Assembly (NCBI GenBank): GCA_046050355.1
Contig: JBJOPW010000004.1
Span: forward strand, 1-64,000
Length of the DNA stretch: 64,000 nt
DNA from: Candidatus Parcubacteria bacterium
GTDB taxonomy: Bacteria > Patescibacteriota > Minisyncoccia > Phycocordibacterales > UBA918
Direction of reading: 5' to 3'
Numbering within the stretch: position 1 is the stretch's first letter; every line of letters starts with the position of its first letter. The translations under genes were made by a program, and so were the position numbers. The notes below the pieces were generated by a model. That model was given only the letters and a program-made list of their open reading frames with translations. It was not told the origin of the DNA and did not search any database. Of this stretch, positions 19,690 through 29,219 are shown one piece after another.

Positions 19690-21770
19690 GCACAGAACGC
19701 GAGATCAAGGAGTTCTTCAACTCGACGCTCGGATTGGGCGTCCTTTTTGTTTTCCTCCTCCTCGGCGTGGTAGTTGCACCGATATTCCTCATAGGGGCAG
19801 CGGTCTATGTAGTGGGTCGCCTTTATCTTGAAAACCCCGCCAGACTGGAGCGGGTAGCGAGACGAGAGACAGAGATCCTATACAATCACGCGCTCGCCGG
19901 GCAAGTTATCTTGAGCCGTGATGATATTGATGAAATCTTGTCAGCTAGCTGGCCGGAAGAATTGCCATTTCCAACGCGTGCACAGCTGCTTGATCTTGGC
20001 TATGAGCTTTTCCGAGACGAGGGACTTAGTCCAGACATTCCACCAGTTCCGGCACTTTGCAACACGGTGGAAGGGGCAAGATACCGCGACCTGCTTGCGA
20101 GACTAGGACAAGCGCGAACGGATCGTGTGATGGTTACCGCCGCTCTTTCGCAAATTGGAGAAAGTCTTTCGGTCGTCGCGCGGGCAATTCCAAACCTTGA
20201 TGGAGATGTACTTGTTTCTGTCTCTCAGTTCTTGGAACCGGTTGGTCCGACCATCGAAGAGATCATTGCGCCCTTTTATAGGGAGACTGGCTATATCCAT
20301 TTCAAGGCTCTGAGGGAACGCCTCGATCAGAACTTGGAACGGACCCATCGGACAAACCCGGTCTTTCCCCGCGACTACAAGGGTACTGATGCGGTTGAAA
20401 CCTACTTGGCTGGTACCCGGCTCAAAGCTCTCTTCAGCATCAAGACGCCCTTTGAGATCCCCGAAGCTTCACGCTTCGAGCATGTGCACATGGTTGCGGG
20501 AACCGGTCACGGGAAGACTCAGACGCTCCAATACTTCATCGCTAAAGACCTCCTCGACGTCGCGCGGCGTGACAAGTCCATTGTCGTCATTGACAGTCAG
20601 GGCGACCTGATCAGAACGATCCTCGCAGCCAAGCACCTTCCCCCCGAGCGCATCGTCTTGATCGATCCGGAGGACATTGCGTTCCCGGTAGCTCTCAACT
20701 TGTTTTCGGTCGGCCAAGAACGTCTCACGGGCTACAGCGCGGTCGATCAGGAACGGCTCACCAACTCGATCCTGGAGCTCTATGACTTCGTGCTGGGGTC
20801 ACTCCTTGGGTCGGGGATGACGTCGAAGCAGAACGTCATCTTCCGCTATGTCACCAGGCTCATGCTTCATATACCGGACGCTACGATCCACACCCTTCGG
20901 GAGCTCATGGAGCCTGGAGGGACGGTGAAGTATCAAGACGCTATCGACCGGCTGGATGGAACCGCGCGCAAGTTTTTCGCCAGCGAGTTTGACGGCAAGG
21001 AGTTCACGAACACAAAAGCGCAGGTCCTACGTCGCCTCTATGGTGTGCTGGAGAACCGTACCTTCGAACGGATGTTCTCGCACCCAACTTCACGCTTCGA
21101 CATGTTCACCGAGATGAACGCGGGGAAGCTCATTCTGATCAACACGGCGAAATCTCTGCTGAAAGAACAAGGCACGGAGATCTTCGGCCGCTTCTTCATC
21201 GCCCTGATCGCTCAGGCCGCGCAAGAACGTGCCACCCTGCCAGAGTACGACCGGCTCCCGTGTATGGTTTTCGTGGATGAGGCCCAGGACTACTTCGACG
21301 AAAACATCGGGATCATCCTCAGTCAGGCACGCAAGTATCGGGTCGGCATGACACTGGCACACCAATATCTTGGACAACTGTCTTCCTCGCTTCAGGAGGG
21401 CGTTGAGGCGAACACGGCAGTCAAACTTGCAGGCGGTGTCTCGGCTCGGGACTCCCGTGCTCTTGCAGGACAAATGGGGGCTGACCCCGACATGATCGCC
21501 CGACAGCCAAAGGGAACGTTTGCTGCCTTTATCCGTGGCGTCACAGAGAAAGCAGTCCCGATCTCGTTCCCGTTCTTTGTCCTAGAGAAATCAGAGAAGA
21601 CGACAGACCAAGAGCGGGCCGAAATCCGGACTTTCAGCCGCAATGCCTATGCGCACGCCTGGGATCGTCCCGAAGAAGACCAACAGCCGACGGAAGCGAA
21701 CAGCGACATTCCTTCCGGAGGTTCAAGAGACGACCGCATAGACCCACTTTCTCCTTCCACAGAGCTATGA
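19686..21770 (+). CDS. Membrane-anchored coupling-protein-like ATPase (TraD/VirD4-like)
   Basis: N-terminal TM; GTGHGKT, IDSQGD, FVDEAQ and QARKY motifs. Confidence 0.87.
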   Translation: MSTEREIKEFFNSTLGLGVLFVFLLLGVVVAPIFLIGAAVYVVGRLYLENPARLERVARRETEILYNHALAGQVILSRDDIDEILSASWPEELPFPTRAQLLDLGYELFRDEGLSPDIPPVPALCNTVEGARYRDLLARLGQARTDRVMVTAALSQIGESLSVVARAIPNLDGDVLVSVSQFLEPVGPTIEEIIAPFYRETGYIHFKALRERLDQNLERTHRTNPVFPRDYKGTDAVETYLAGTRLKALFSIKTPFEIPEASRFEHVHMVAGTGHGKTQTLQYFIAKDLLDVARRDKSIVVIDSQGDLIRTILAAKHLPPERIVLIDPEDIAFPVALNLFSVGQERLTGYSAVDQERLTNSILELYDFVLGSLLGSGMTSKQNVIFRYVTRLMLHIPDATIHTLRELMEPGGTVKYQDAIDRLDGTARKFFASEFDGKEFTNTKAQVLRRLYGVLENRTFERMFSHPTSRFDMFTEMNAGKLILINTAKSLLKEQGTEIFGRFFIALIAQAAQERATLPEYDRLPCMVFVDEAQDYFDENIGIILSQARKYRVGMTLAHQYLGQLSSSLQEGVEANTAVKLAGGVSARDSRALAGQMGADPDMIARQPKGTFAAFIRGVTEKAVPISFPFFVLEKSEKTTDQERAEIRTFSRNAYAHAWDRPEEDQQPTEANSDIPSGGSRDDRIDPLSPSTEL

Positions 21771-21788
21771 TTTTGCTAGCATTTCCTT

Positions 21789-22670
21789 ATGGGAAAGCTG
21801 GATGCTCTCGGTCGCGCAACATTCCATCACATAGCTGAACAATCAGCTGTGCGGGTGACGAATCGCGAGCTTGCTTGGCTCGCGCACATCCATCGACATG
21901 GCCCCCAGTCGTCCACAGCGCTGTATGATTTGACGGTTTCCACGCACCGCTGCCGCGACACTAGTCTCCGCGCCCTTCAGCGGCTTCGTGCTGGCGGTGT
22001 CCTTTCACTCCCTCGCCAACAGCGCATGACCGAAAGAGCGGAGTTCAATCCGTACATTTACGATGTCACTGAGTTGGGCAAAGGCCACTTGGAAAATCGC
22101 GATCTGCTTGAACCCACTCTCCGCCCAAGTGGGCATTGGTGGCACGCTTACGGTGTCGGTGCGATCACAGCCGCCATCGAGCGCCGCGGTGCCGAGAAAG
22201 GCATTCGCTACATACCGCCTCAGTCAATCTTGGCGCGGGCAAGATGCGAACTTCCGCTACCCACACCTGCTGGCATGGTCATTCCGGATCAGCTATTCGC
22301 CTTGGACTACGGCGGCACCTTCAGAGCCTTTATGCTGGAGCATGACCGTGGGTCTGAACCGCTGTCTTCAAAGGCAGCACGTGAAAGCCTGGAACGAAAA
22401 CTTCATCGATACTCGACGGCTGCATCCAGCGATTTGCATCGTCGGCACTATGGCCTGAAGTCGCCGCTTGTCTTGATGTTCACCTTTGCGTCACGAGCGC
22501 GAGCCGCGCGGTTCTTAGACCTTGTCACCACGAAGTACCCGGTACTGTCTTCCATCGTCATCTTCGCCATTCTGAACGACGATGATCCACTGCTTCTGTG
22601 TTCTCGGGACATTGTCTTGGGTCCCTGGCAACGCGGGTCCGGTGGAACTTTCGAGCTATTCCAATCCTAG
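21789..22670 (+). CDS. Replication-relaxation family protein
   Basis: N-terminal wHTH, HWWH, and IPDQLF...FMLEHDRGSE PD-(D/E)xK-like motifs. Confidence 0.85.
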   Translation: MGKLDALGRATFHHIAEQSAVRVTNRELAWLAHIHRHGPQSSTALYDLTVSTHRCRDTSLRALQRLRAGGVLSLPRQQRMTERAEFNPYIYDVTELGKGHLENRDLLEPTLRPSGHWWHAYGVGAITAAIERRGAEKGIRYIPPQSILARARCELPLPTPAGMVIPDQLFALDYGGTFRAFMLEHDRGSEPLSSKAARESLERKLHRYSTAASSDLHRRHYGLKSPLVLMFTFASRARAARFLDLVTTKYPVLSSIVIFAILNDDDPLLLCSRDIVLGPWQRGSGGTFELFQS

Positions 22671-22824
22671 GCCTAACTGGGGAACTTCGCCCAAGCAGAA
22701 GTTCCACTGTCTAGGGCAGGATGCGGCACGACCGTATTCTGAGCCTGGACCGTTCCTTATCAGAGCTATGCCGCAAGGCCTGCTCACTAGGCATGTGTCC
22801 TTTCCCAGAAACGTGGAGATACCC

Positions 22825-23538
22825 ATGACCCTTATGCTGCACACTGGCGGCGAAGCCATCGACTTCGATGACCTTCGTCTGCTTCCAACACCAGAACCAA
22901 CGGCGAGCCATGTCCCGATACCGCACCACTCGGTGGTGGATATGGTCCGCTACGCGCTCGGCTTCTTCGGTCACGAACTGCTCGAAGAGCATCATGCCGT
23001 CACACCCGACGGGATGAACTACTTCGGCGTCCTGTCTCTGCGGTCGCCATATGGTGACTACACCGACATGGTAGGCCTCAGGAACAGCCACAAAAAGCAG
23101 TTTCCAATTGGCATCGCCATCGGAAGCAGGGTGTTCGTCTGCGACAACCTAGCCTTCCATGCTGACCATGTGATCCGACGAAAGCACACGGCGAACGCCA
23201 AACGAGATCTTCCTGGCCTCGTCAGTGAAGTGATCGAGCCGTTGCATTTGGCACGGCGCGACCAAGCGCAGAGAATTGAAAGATACAAAGCCTTGGCGCT
23301 ACCCGATGCACTGGCTGATCAAGCCATCATGGCCATGTACCGTCGCGGGGTGATCAACTTGACCCGCATCGGCGACGTTCTGACGATCTACGAGGAGCCA
23401 CCGCATGATTGGGGTGACAAGACGCCATGGCGACTCTTCAATGCTGCGACGTTCGCCTTAATGGGCAAGGTGGCAGAAAATCCCACCCATACCAAACGTC
23501 TACACGATGTAATTGATGGGATATGTGCAAAGGCATGA
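22825..23538 (+). CDS. DUF932 domain protein
   Basis: GLRNSH, RVFVCDN, RKHT and WRLFNAAT motifs; GGAG RBS before ATG 22825. Confidence 0.82.
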   Translation: MTLMLHTGGEAIDFDDLRLLPTPEPTASHVPIPHHSVVDMVRYALGFFGHELLEEHHAVTPDGMNYFGVLSLRSPYGDYTDMVGLRNSHKKQFPIGIAIGSRVFVCDNLAFHADHVIRRKHTANAKRDLPGLVSEVIEPLHLARRDQAQRIERYKALALPDALADQAIMAMYRRGVINLTRIGDVLTIYEEPPHDWGDKTPWRLFNAATFALMGKVAENPTHTKRLHDVIDGICAKA

Positions 23539-23543
23539 AGGAA

Positions 23544-23567
23544 AAGGACGGCTCTTGAGCCGTCCTT
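23544..23567. terminator. Bidirectional terminator
   Basis: AAGGACGGCTC-TT-GAGCCGTCCTT between convergent genes. Confidence 0.7.
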
Positions 23568-23570
23568 ATT

Positions 23571-26564
23571 CTAGACGTGCTTCATAACTACATCGACAGA
23601 GGTGGCTTTAATGAAGCGAGCCGGGTTCGGTTCAGTGGCAATGGCCTGGAAATGCTTCTCGCCGCATTTGATTTTAGCGCCCTCATGGTGGCGTAGATCA
23701 TCCCACCAGCCGCTGCTCTTCGTTTCGACAACGAAATAGAGCTTTTCCTCGCCGTCCTGGTCGATGAGCACCGCCCAGTCGGGGTTGTAGGTGCCGAGCG
23801 GGGTCGGAACTTTGAACCATGCGGGCAGCTTGGCGTAGACTTTCACGGCCTCGTTGGCTTCAAGGTCTTCAGCGAAGGACTTCTCAGTGCCCTCGGAATC
23901 GTAGACCACGTACTCGAAGACCGACTTTTGCGCCGGGATGGCGTTCTTGAGGTAGGTTTTCAGCTCTTCCTGCTCGAACAGCTCCTGGCAGTAGTAGTCA
24001 TCGTCGCCAATGCGGCGGTACTTGATACCGTCCACCAGGGCGAGGCGCTTGGTGCGGTTGATGGCTTCGGCGGCCTGGTCAATAAACTGCTGCGGGTTGC
24101 GCTTGAAGTCCTCGATGCGGTCGCTCTTGAGCAAAATATCGACAATGCTGCCGCGCGTGAGCTGGGTCTTGTCCTGAAGCTCGGTGATGATGTCCGGCAG
24201 CTCGATGTCATCTTCATTTATCGTGGTGTAGGCGCTCTTGGCCCCGTCTTCCTTCGTCGAAACACCGCCCTTGCCGATTTCCAGTCCAGCCTTGCGGAAG
24301 CGCGCGCGGGTCTTGGTTATCGGTTCGGAATTGCGGATGTTCTCCGCGCAGTCCTCGATCAGTTTGGCGTTATCGAATTCCACCCGGTAGGTGGTCTTGT
24401 GCTTGATGCGCTCCCAAAGGGCCTTGAACTCGGGGCTTTGCAAGATGGCCTCGCGGGTCTTGATGACCTTGCGGTCGTCGGCGTTCTTGATGTCGAGGCG
24501 ACCGGCGAGCTTCTTGAGGATGGCGCTGATCTCGCCAGCCTGGGCGGTGAACTCTTCGGGTAGCGCAAGGGTGCCAGCCTTGAGGGCCGTGCGCAGGCTG
24601 TCCTGAACCCGTCCCTTGGCGTCAATCAGCTCTGCGGCCTTGAGATGCTCCCAAAGCTTCTCGGAAGCAGTCGCGCCAAGCGGCTTAGCTTCGCCATCTT
24701 CCGACTGCACCATGATCGCAGCGAACTGATGCGGTTCGACGACGCCGAACTTGATGCCGGTATCCTGCTCGATCTCGCTCTGGAGGTTCTTGGCGAAATC
24801 CTCGTAGCTTTCCGTGGCAATCACGGTGAGCGTGTTGACTTCGTGGCCCCGCAAGCGTTGGCCGCTCTGGTCAACACAAAGGCGAAGCCCGCGACCGATG
24901 GTCTGCCGACGCTCGCGCTCGGTTCCCATGTCGCGCAGGGTGCAAATCTGGAAGACATTGGGGTTGTCCCAACCTTCGCGGAGCGCGGAGTGCGAGAAGA
25001 TGAACTTCAGCTTCGTGTCGAAGCTGAGCAGCTTCTCCTTTTCCTTCATAATCAGGTTGTAGGCCCGCTCGGCGTTGTCGCGGTTGGACTGGTTGTTTTC
25101 TGCCGTGTCCGTCCAGCCCCCCTTCTTGTCGATGGAGAAATAGCCGTTGTGTAGCTCTTCGGCGTCCTGACCGGGGTCGATCTGGGCGAACAGCGTATTG
25201 TAGGCCGGGCTCTTGGCGAGCTTCTTGTATTCCTCTTCGAACATGACAGCATACTTGCCCTTGTGGGCGTTTCCGGCTTCGTCGTACTGGCGGTAGTGCT
25301 CGACGCTGTCGATGAAGAAGAGGCTGAGCACCTTGATCGGGCGGCCTGTCTCTTTGAAGCGAAGCTCCTTGTCGAGGTGCTCCTTGATGGTGCGGCGGAT
25401 CATGAGCCGTTTTTGCTCATCAGGATCGACACCACCGTAGGACATGCCAGGCTTAAGTACCTTGTCTAGGCCAGGTCCCTGAAGCTCGATAGTTTGCTCG
25501 GGGCCAACGGTGATTGTTGCGATCTGCATGTTCTCGTAGAGGGAACGGTTGGTGAGCTGCTCCAGGTCGTCACCATCCTCGACGGTCACAATCTTGCGCT
25601 TCACATCCTTGCCGCTGGCGATGTCGAGCTCGACCTTGGCGGTGATGGAGCCTTGCCTATTGTGCGTCGAAAGCAGCTTCACGTAAGGCTTGTTGTGGCC
25701 GCCCTCTATCTCAAGCGAAGCAACCTCGATTTGCTTCACTAGGCCGCGCTCGTAGGCGTCCACGGCATCGAGCCGGTAGACCATGTGGTGCTTTTGCAAG
25801 TGAGTGGCTGAATAGCGAAGGGTACAAAGCGCGTTCATATCCTTTAGTGCCTGTCGCCCTGCACCTTGCAGACCGCCATCGACGCTTTGAGGCTCATCGA
25901 CGACAATGATGGGGTTGGTCGCCTTAATCAGGTCAATAGGCTTTTCCCCGCCTGTGTTCTCGCTTTCCCGATAGATAACATTCGTCTGGCGGGACAGAGC
26001 CTGAATGGTGGACACCATTATCTGAATAGTCGAGCTTGTAGCGAAATTGCGAACCTGCCCAAGCTTCGATGATTCATAGAGGAAATACTCGTAGCCCTTG
26101 GCCTTGGGGTAGAGGTTCTCGAAGTGGTCGCGGGTGATCTCCAGCGTCTTGTAGACGCCTTCTTTGATGGCGACAGACGGCACCACGATGACGAACTTCG
26201 TGAAGCCGTACTCGCGATTAAGCTCGAAAATCGTCCTGAGATAAACGTAGGTCTTCCCGGTTCCCGTCTCCATCTCGACGGTGAAGTCGCCGGATTGCAG
26301 CAGCTTGTCCTGGGCCAGGCCATTGCGTAGCTGCACCTCTGCCAGGTTATCCAGCAATTCTTCATCGATCAGCTGAAGCCGATTGCCCACGCCAAGATCA
26401 CTCTCGATAAGCCCAAGCGTGGCCTGAGACCCGGTCTGCGGACGGTAGGTCACGGTGAACTCTGAACGGGACACTTCCTGCCCCTTGAACAGCTCAACAA
26501 CCGATGCAATCGCCGCTTGCTGGTAATCAAGGTTGTCTTCGAAATGTAGTTTCATTGCAGGCAT
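23571..26564 (-). CDS. res: Type III restriction enzyme Res subunit
   Basis: METGTGKT, DEPQ, LREGWDNPNVFQIC, QTIGRGLRL and YNPDWA...VETK motifs. Confidence 0.95.
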   Translation of the reverse strand: MPAMKLHFEDNLDYQQAAIASVVELFKGQEVSRSEFTVTYRPQTGSQATLGLIESDLGVGNRLQLIDEELLDNLAEVQLRNGLAQDKLLQSGDFTVEMETGTGKTYVYLRTIFELNREYGFTKFVIVVPSVAIKEGVYKTLEITRDHFENLYPKAKGYEYFLYESSKLGQVRNFATSSTIQIMVSTIQALSRQTNVIYRESENTGGEKPIDLIKATNPIIVVDEPQSVDGGLQGAGRQALKDMNALCTLRYSATHLQKHHMVYRLDAVDAYERGLVKQIEVASLEIEGGHNKPYVKLLSTHNRQGSITAKVELDIASGKDVKRKIVTVEDGDDLEQLTNRSLYENMQIATITVGPEQTIELQGPGLDKVLKPGMSYGGVDPDEQKRLMIRRTIKEHLDKELRFKETGRPIKVLSLFFIDSVEHYRQYDEAGNAHKGKYAVMFEEEYKKLAKSPAYNTLFAQIDPGQDAEELHNGYFSIDKKGGWTDTAENNQSNRDNAERAYNLIMKEKEKLLSFDTKLKFIFSHSALREGWDNPNVFQICTLRDMGTERERRQTIGRGLRLCVDQSGQRLRGHEVNTLTVIATESYEDFAKNLQSEIEQDTGIKFGVVEPHQFAAIMVQSEDGEAKPLGATASEKLWEHLKAAELIDAKGRVQDSLRTALKAGTLALPEEFTAQAGEISAILKKLAGRLDIKNADDRKVIKTREAILQSPEFKALWERIKHKTTYRVEFDNAKLIEDCAENIRNSEPITKTRARFRKAGLEIGKGGVSTKEDGAKSAYTTINEDDIELPDIITELQDKTQLTRGSIVDILLKSDRIEDFKRNPQQFIDQAAEAINRTKRLALVDGIKYRRIGDDDYYCQELFEQEELKTYLKNAIPAQKSVFEYVVYDSEGTEKSFAEDLEANEAVKVYAKLPAWFKVPTPLGTYNPDWAVLIDQDGEEKLYFVVETKSSGWWDDLRHHEGAKIKCGEKHFQAIATEPNPARFIKATSVDVVMKHV

Positions 26565-26575
26565 ACTCGATCAGG

Positions 26576-28438
26576 TTACAGGCTGCGAACGTGGCTGATG
26601 CCGTTCTGCTCAAGGATGGCCACCATGTTGGTCTTGGCGATGTCATCGGCGAAGGCACTGTCCCGGAAGAAGACATGGGAGTCAGTCTCAGGCTCGAGCT
26701 CCCTGTGCCAATCCAGAATACCTTGAGCGAGACTGTCCACGAGGGTTGCTTCAACTGAGGTATCAAGACATGCGAATAGCACGCCATAACCGACGCTGTA
26801 GACTGATTTTCCGGCAACTTTCCGTTCTTCTATTGGGGCAGTCAGCTCTATTCCACGCTTCAACAAAAGTTCGCATAGTATATCTGCTTCGGACCGACCT
26901 TCAACAAGGTGATCCTTATTTAGAAGCAAGGCTCCCTCCATATCATTGCGATCTGGGGTCCAGGCTTTGATACCAGATCGATTCAGCTGGAAATAGCGAA
27001 AGCCTAGATCCTTCACCTTTCCTTGCATTGTTTTTCCAGCTCTCCTAATTCTTTCAGCCGACAGCTTTGCTATGTTTTCGTATCCGGCAGCTCCAGCTAC
27101 AGAACTTTTGTCAATTTCCTCTGGCAACTGAATCTGGATAAACCTACGCGTCCCGCCATCTTCTGCATTGGCGGAGAGGACAGCATGGGCCGTGGTCGAA
27201 GAGCCGGCAAAAAAATCTATAATCAGATCATCTTTGCTGTCACTCTGTGACAACTGAATCATCCGACGAATCAATCTTGTGGGCTTGGGATTGTCGAACA
27301 TTCCGGCCATTCCTAAGGCCTTCAATTCACTATTGGATTCGTGATTATGGCCGACTTCGTCATATGGCCACAATGTCGTTGGCGTAACCCCATCTTTTAT
27401 TTCGCTCAGAAAGCTTTTTCTTGATGGAGTCTGGTCTCCTTTTTCTCCAAACCAAATCTCATCACCTTCATCCATCATTTTCATAGATGCATCATTGAAA
27501 CGTCGATAGGTTCCAGCAGGTGGGGTCCATGTGACCCCATTTTTGAAGGTGTAGCTCGAGTTATTTGTTCCACTCTTGGCGTGCAAAGGCGTTGCCTTCC
27601 ACGGTCCTTTGGGGTGACCATCTGGGTTCTTATAGGCACTTACTTGGTCTTCCGTGCGAGGAAGTTGATTTAGGACAAAACTATCTTTGTTTTTGGCGTA
27701 GCATAGGACATGATCATGATTTGATGAAAACCACTTAGCGTCGTTGGCGCGAGTGTATTTCTTTTGCCAAACGACATTAGCAATGAAGTTCTCTTCGCCA
27801 AATATTTCATCACAAATTTTTCGCAGGTTCGCCTGTTCCGTGTCATCTATTGTAACGAAAATTACGCCCTCATCGGATAGTAGGGTTCTTGCGAGGCGGA
27901 TTCTGGGATACATCATATTCAACCAATTGGTGTGTAATCTCCCGCCCGTTTCCATATTGGATGAAAATTTCATTCCATCCGAGGCAATCTGGCCGGTATA
28001 CTTAAGGTAGGTCTCAAGATTGTCTTGGAATCTGTCGGGATAGATGAATTCATTCCCAGTGTTATAGGGCGGATCGATAAAAATCATTCTAGCTTTTCCT
28101 GCATAACTTTTTTGCAGGAGCTTCAGCGATTCAAGGTTATCCCCCTCAATAAAAACATTCCGAGTTGTGGCCCAATCGACACTTTCATCCTTTCGCGGTA
28201 CGAGCGTCCCTGTGCTTGGCGTGAGAGCAATTTGTCGCGCTTGCTTCTTGCCATGCCAGGTTAGGCCATACTTTTCCTCACCCTCATCTAGCACTTTTGC
28301 ATCGCCAAGCAGCTGGCGAAGAACGTCAATATTCATCCCGCCTTCGGTGAAAGCGTCGGGAAACAGCGCCTTTAGCTTGGCAATGTTCTCGGCGATGATG
28401 TTGGCGCTCTGGCCGTCTTCGTGGGTGACTTTTTTCAT
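26576..28438 (-). CDS. mod: Type III RM adenine methyltransferase Mod subunit
   Basis: IEGDNL, IDPPYNTG and DFFAGSSTT motifs. Confidence 0.95.
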   Translation of the reverse strand: MKKVTHEDGQSANIIAENIAKLKALFPDAFTEGGMNIDVLRQLLGDAKVLDEGEEKYGLTWHGKKQARQIALTPSTGTLVPRKDESVDWATTRNVFIEGDNLESLKLLQKSYAGKARMIFIDPPYNTGNEFIYPDRFQDNLETYLKYTGQIASDGMKFSSNMETGGRLHTNWLNMMYPRIRLARTLLSDEGVIFVTIDDTEQANLRKICDEIFGEENFIANVVWQKKYTRANDAKWFSSNHDHVLCYAKNKDSFVLNQLPRTEDQVSAYKNPDGHPKGPWKATPLHAKSGTNNSSYTFKNGVTWTPPAGTYRRFNDASMKMMDEGDEIWFGEKGDQTPSRKSFLSEIKDGVTPTTLWPYDEVGHNHESNSELKALGMAGMFDNPKPTRLIRRMIQLSQSDSKDDLIIDFFAGSSTTAHAVLSANAEDGGTRRFIQIQLPEEIDKSSVAGAAGYENIAKLSAERIRRAGKTMQGKVKDLGFRYFQLNRSGIKAWTPDRNDMEGALLLNKDHLVEGRSEADILCELLLKRGIELTAPIEERKVAGKSVYSVGYGVLFACLDTSVEATLVDSLAQGILDWHRELEPETDSHVFFRDSAFADDIAKTNMVAILEQNGISHVRSL

Positions 28439-28454
28439 GGTCTTCTTCTTGAAT

Positions 28455-29219
28455 TTAGTTGCTAAAGTTCAGGCGAGCTTCGAGCTTGAGTATAGCATCT
28501 TTTCGTTCCCTGATCATGCTGTTCAGGGTGATCTTGCTTCCCATCTGGTGCTCGCGATTCAGCGTGGTCCGGAGCTCAGCAATCTCGCGTTCCAGTTTGT
28601 GAATCTCCCCGAGAATGACAGTGTGTTCCTTGGATGCCGAGATCGAGGCCGAAACGAACGTCCCGGTCCTGTCCGAGGTGATCAGCCCGATGACCTGGCT
28701 CTGGAATGCTTCATAGAGGGCATAAAAGTTGGTGGCGGGAAGCCGGTGAAGCTGAATGGCCTCCAGGAAGGCCGCCTGTGATGTCGAAGGCTTGTTCGGA
28801 TCGATCCATTCGGTCTGCCAACGATCCACCAACACGAGCTTGGACTTGTCGGCCTGGTTGATCCGCTTTTCCGCAACACTGATGGCGATCTTGCCCGCGT
28901 GCTCGAACGCCAGGATCAGCGGATATGGAATGGCCCGGTGCATGAAGGCTGCGACGCGATTGAGGCGAGCAGGATTCGACAGCTCGACCGAAAGGACGGC
29001 GATCTCCAGGTATTCTCGCTCGCTGTCCTGGAAGGGTGCGATGTTGATGGTGTCGGGCTTGAGCGTGTATTGCCAGCGGATGCGCCCGACATCCTCGCTC
29101 AGCGCCTTCCTGTCGGTCTGGTCTAGCTCTGCGTGATCGAGGAACATCTTCTTGTAGACCGGCTTGTCGAGCAAGCAGGCTTCAGGGATGCCAAGGCTGG
29201 AGAGGAAGGCGTCGATCAT
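28455..29219 (-). CDS. DUF4391 domain protein
   Basis: HRAIPYP motif and C-terminal coiled coil; lies between SNF2 helicase and mod. Confidence 0.85.
   Translation of the reverse strand: MIDAFLSSLGIPEACLLDKPVYKKMFLDHAELDQTDRKALSEDVGRIRWQYTLKPDTINIAPFQDSEREYLEIAVLSVELSNPARLNRVAAFMHRAIPYPLILAFEHAGKIAISVAEKRINQADKSKLVLVDRWQTEWIDPNKPSTSQAAFLEAIQLHRLPATNFYALYEAFQSQVIGLITSDRTGTFVSASISASKEHTVILGEIHKLEREIAELRTTLNREHQMGSKITLNSMIRERKDAILKLEARLNFSN

Noticed and set aside
26576-28438. Phase-variable mod gene
   Set aside because: No simple-sequence repeat tract seen in the coding region
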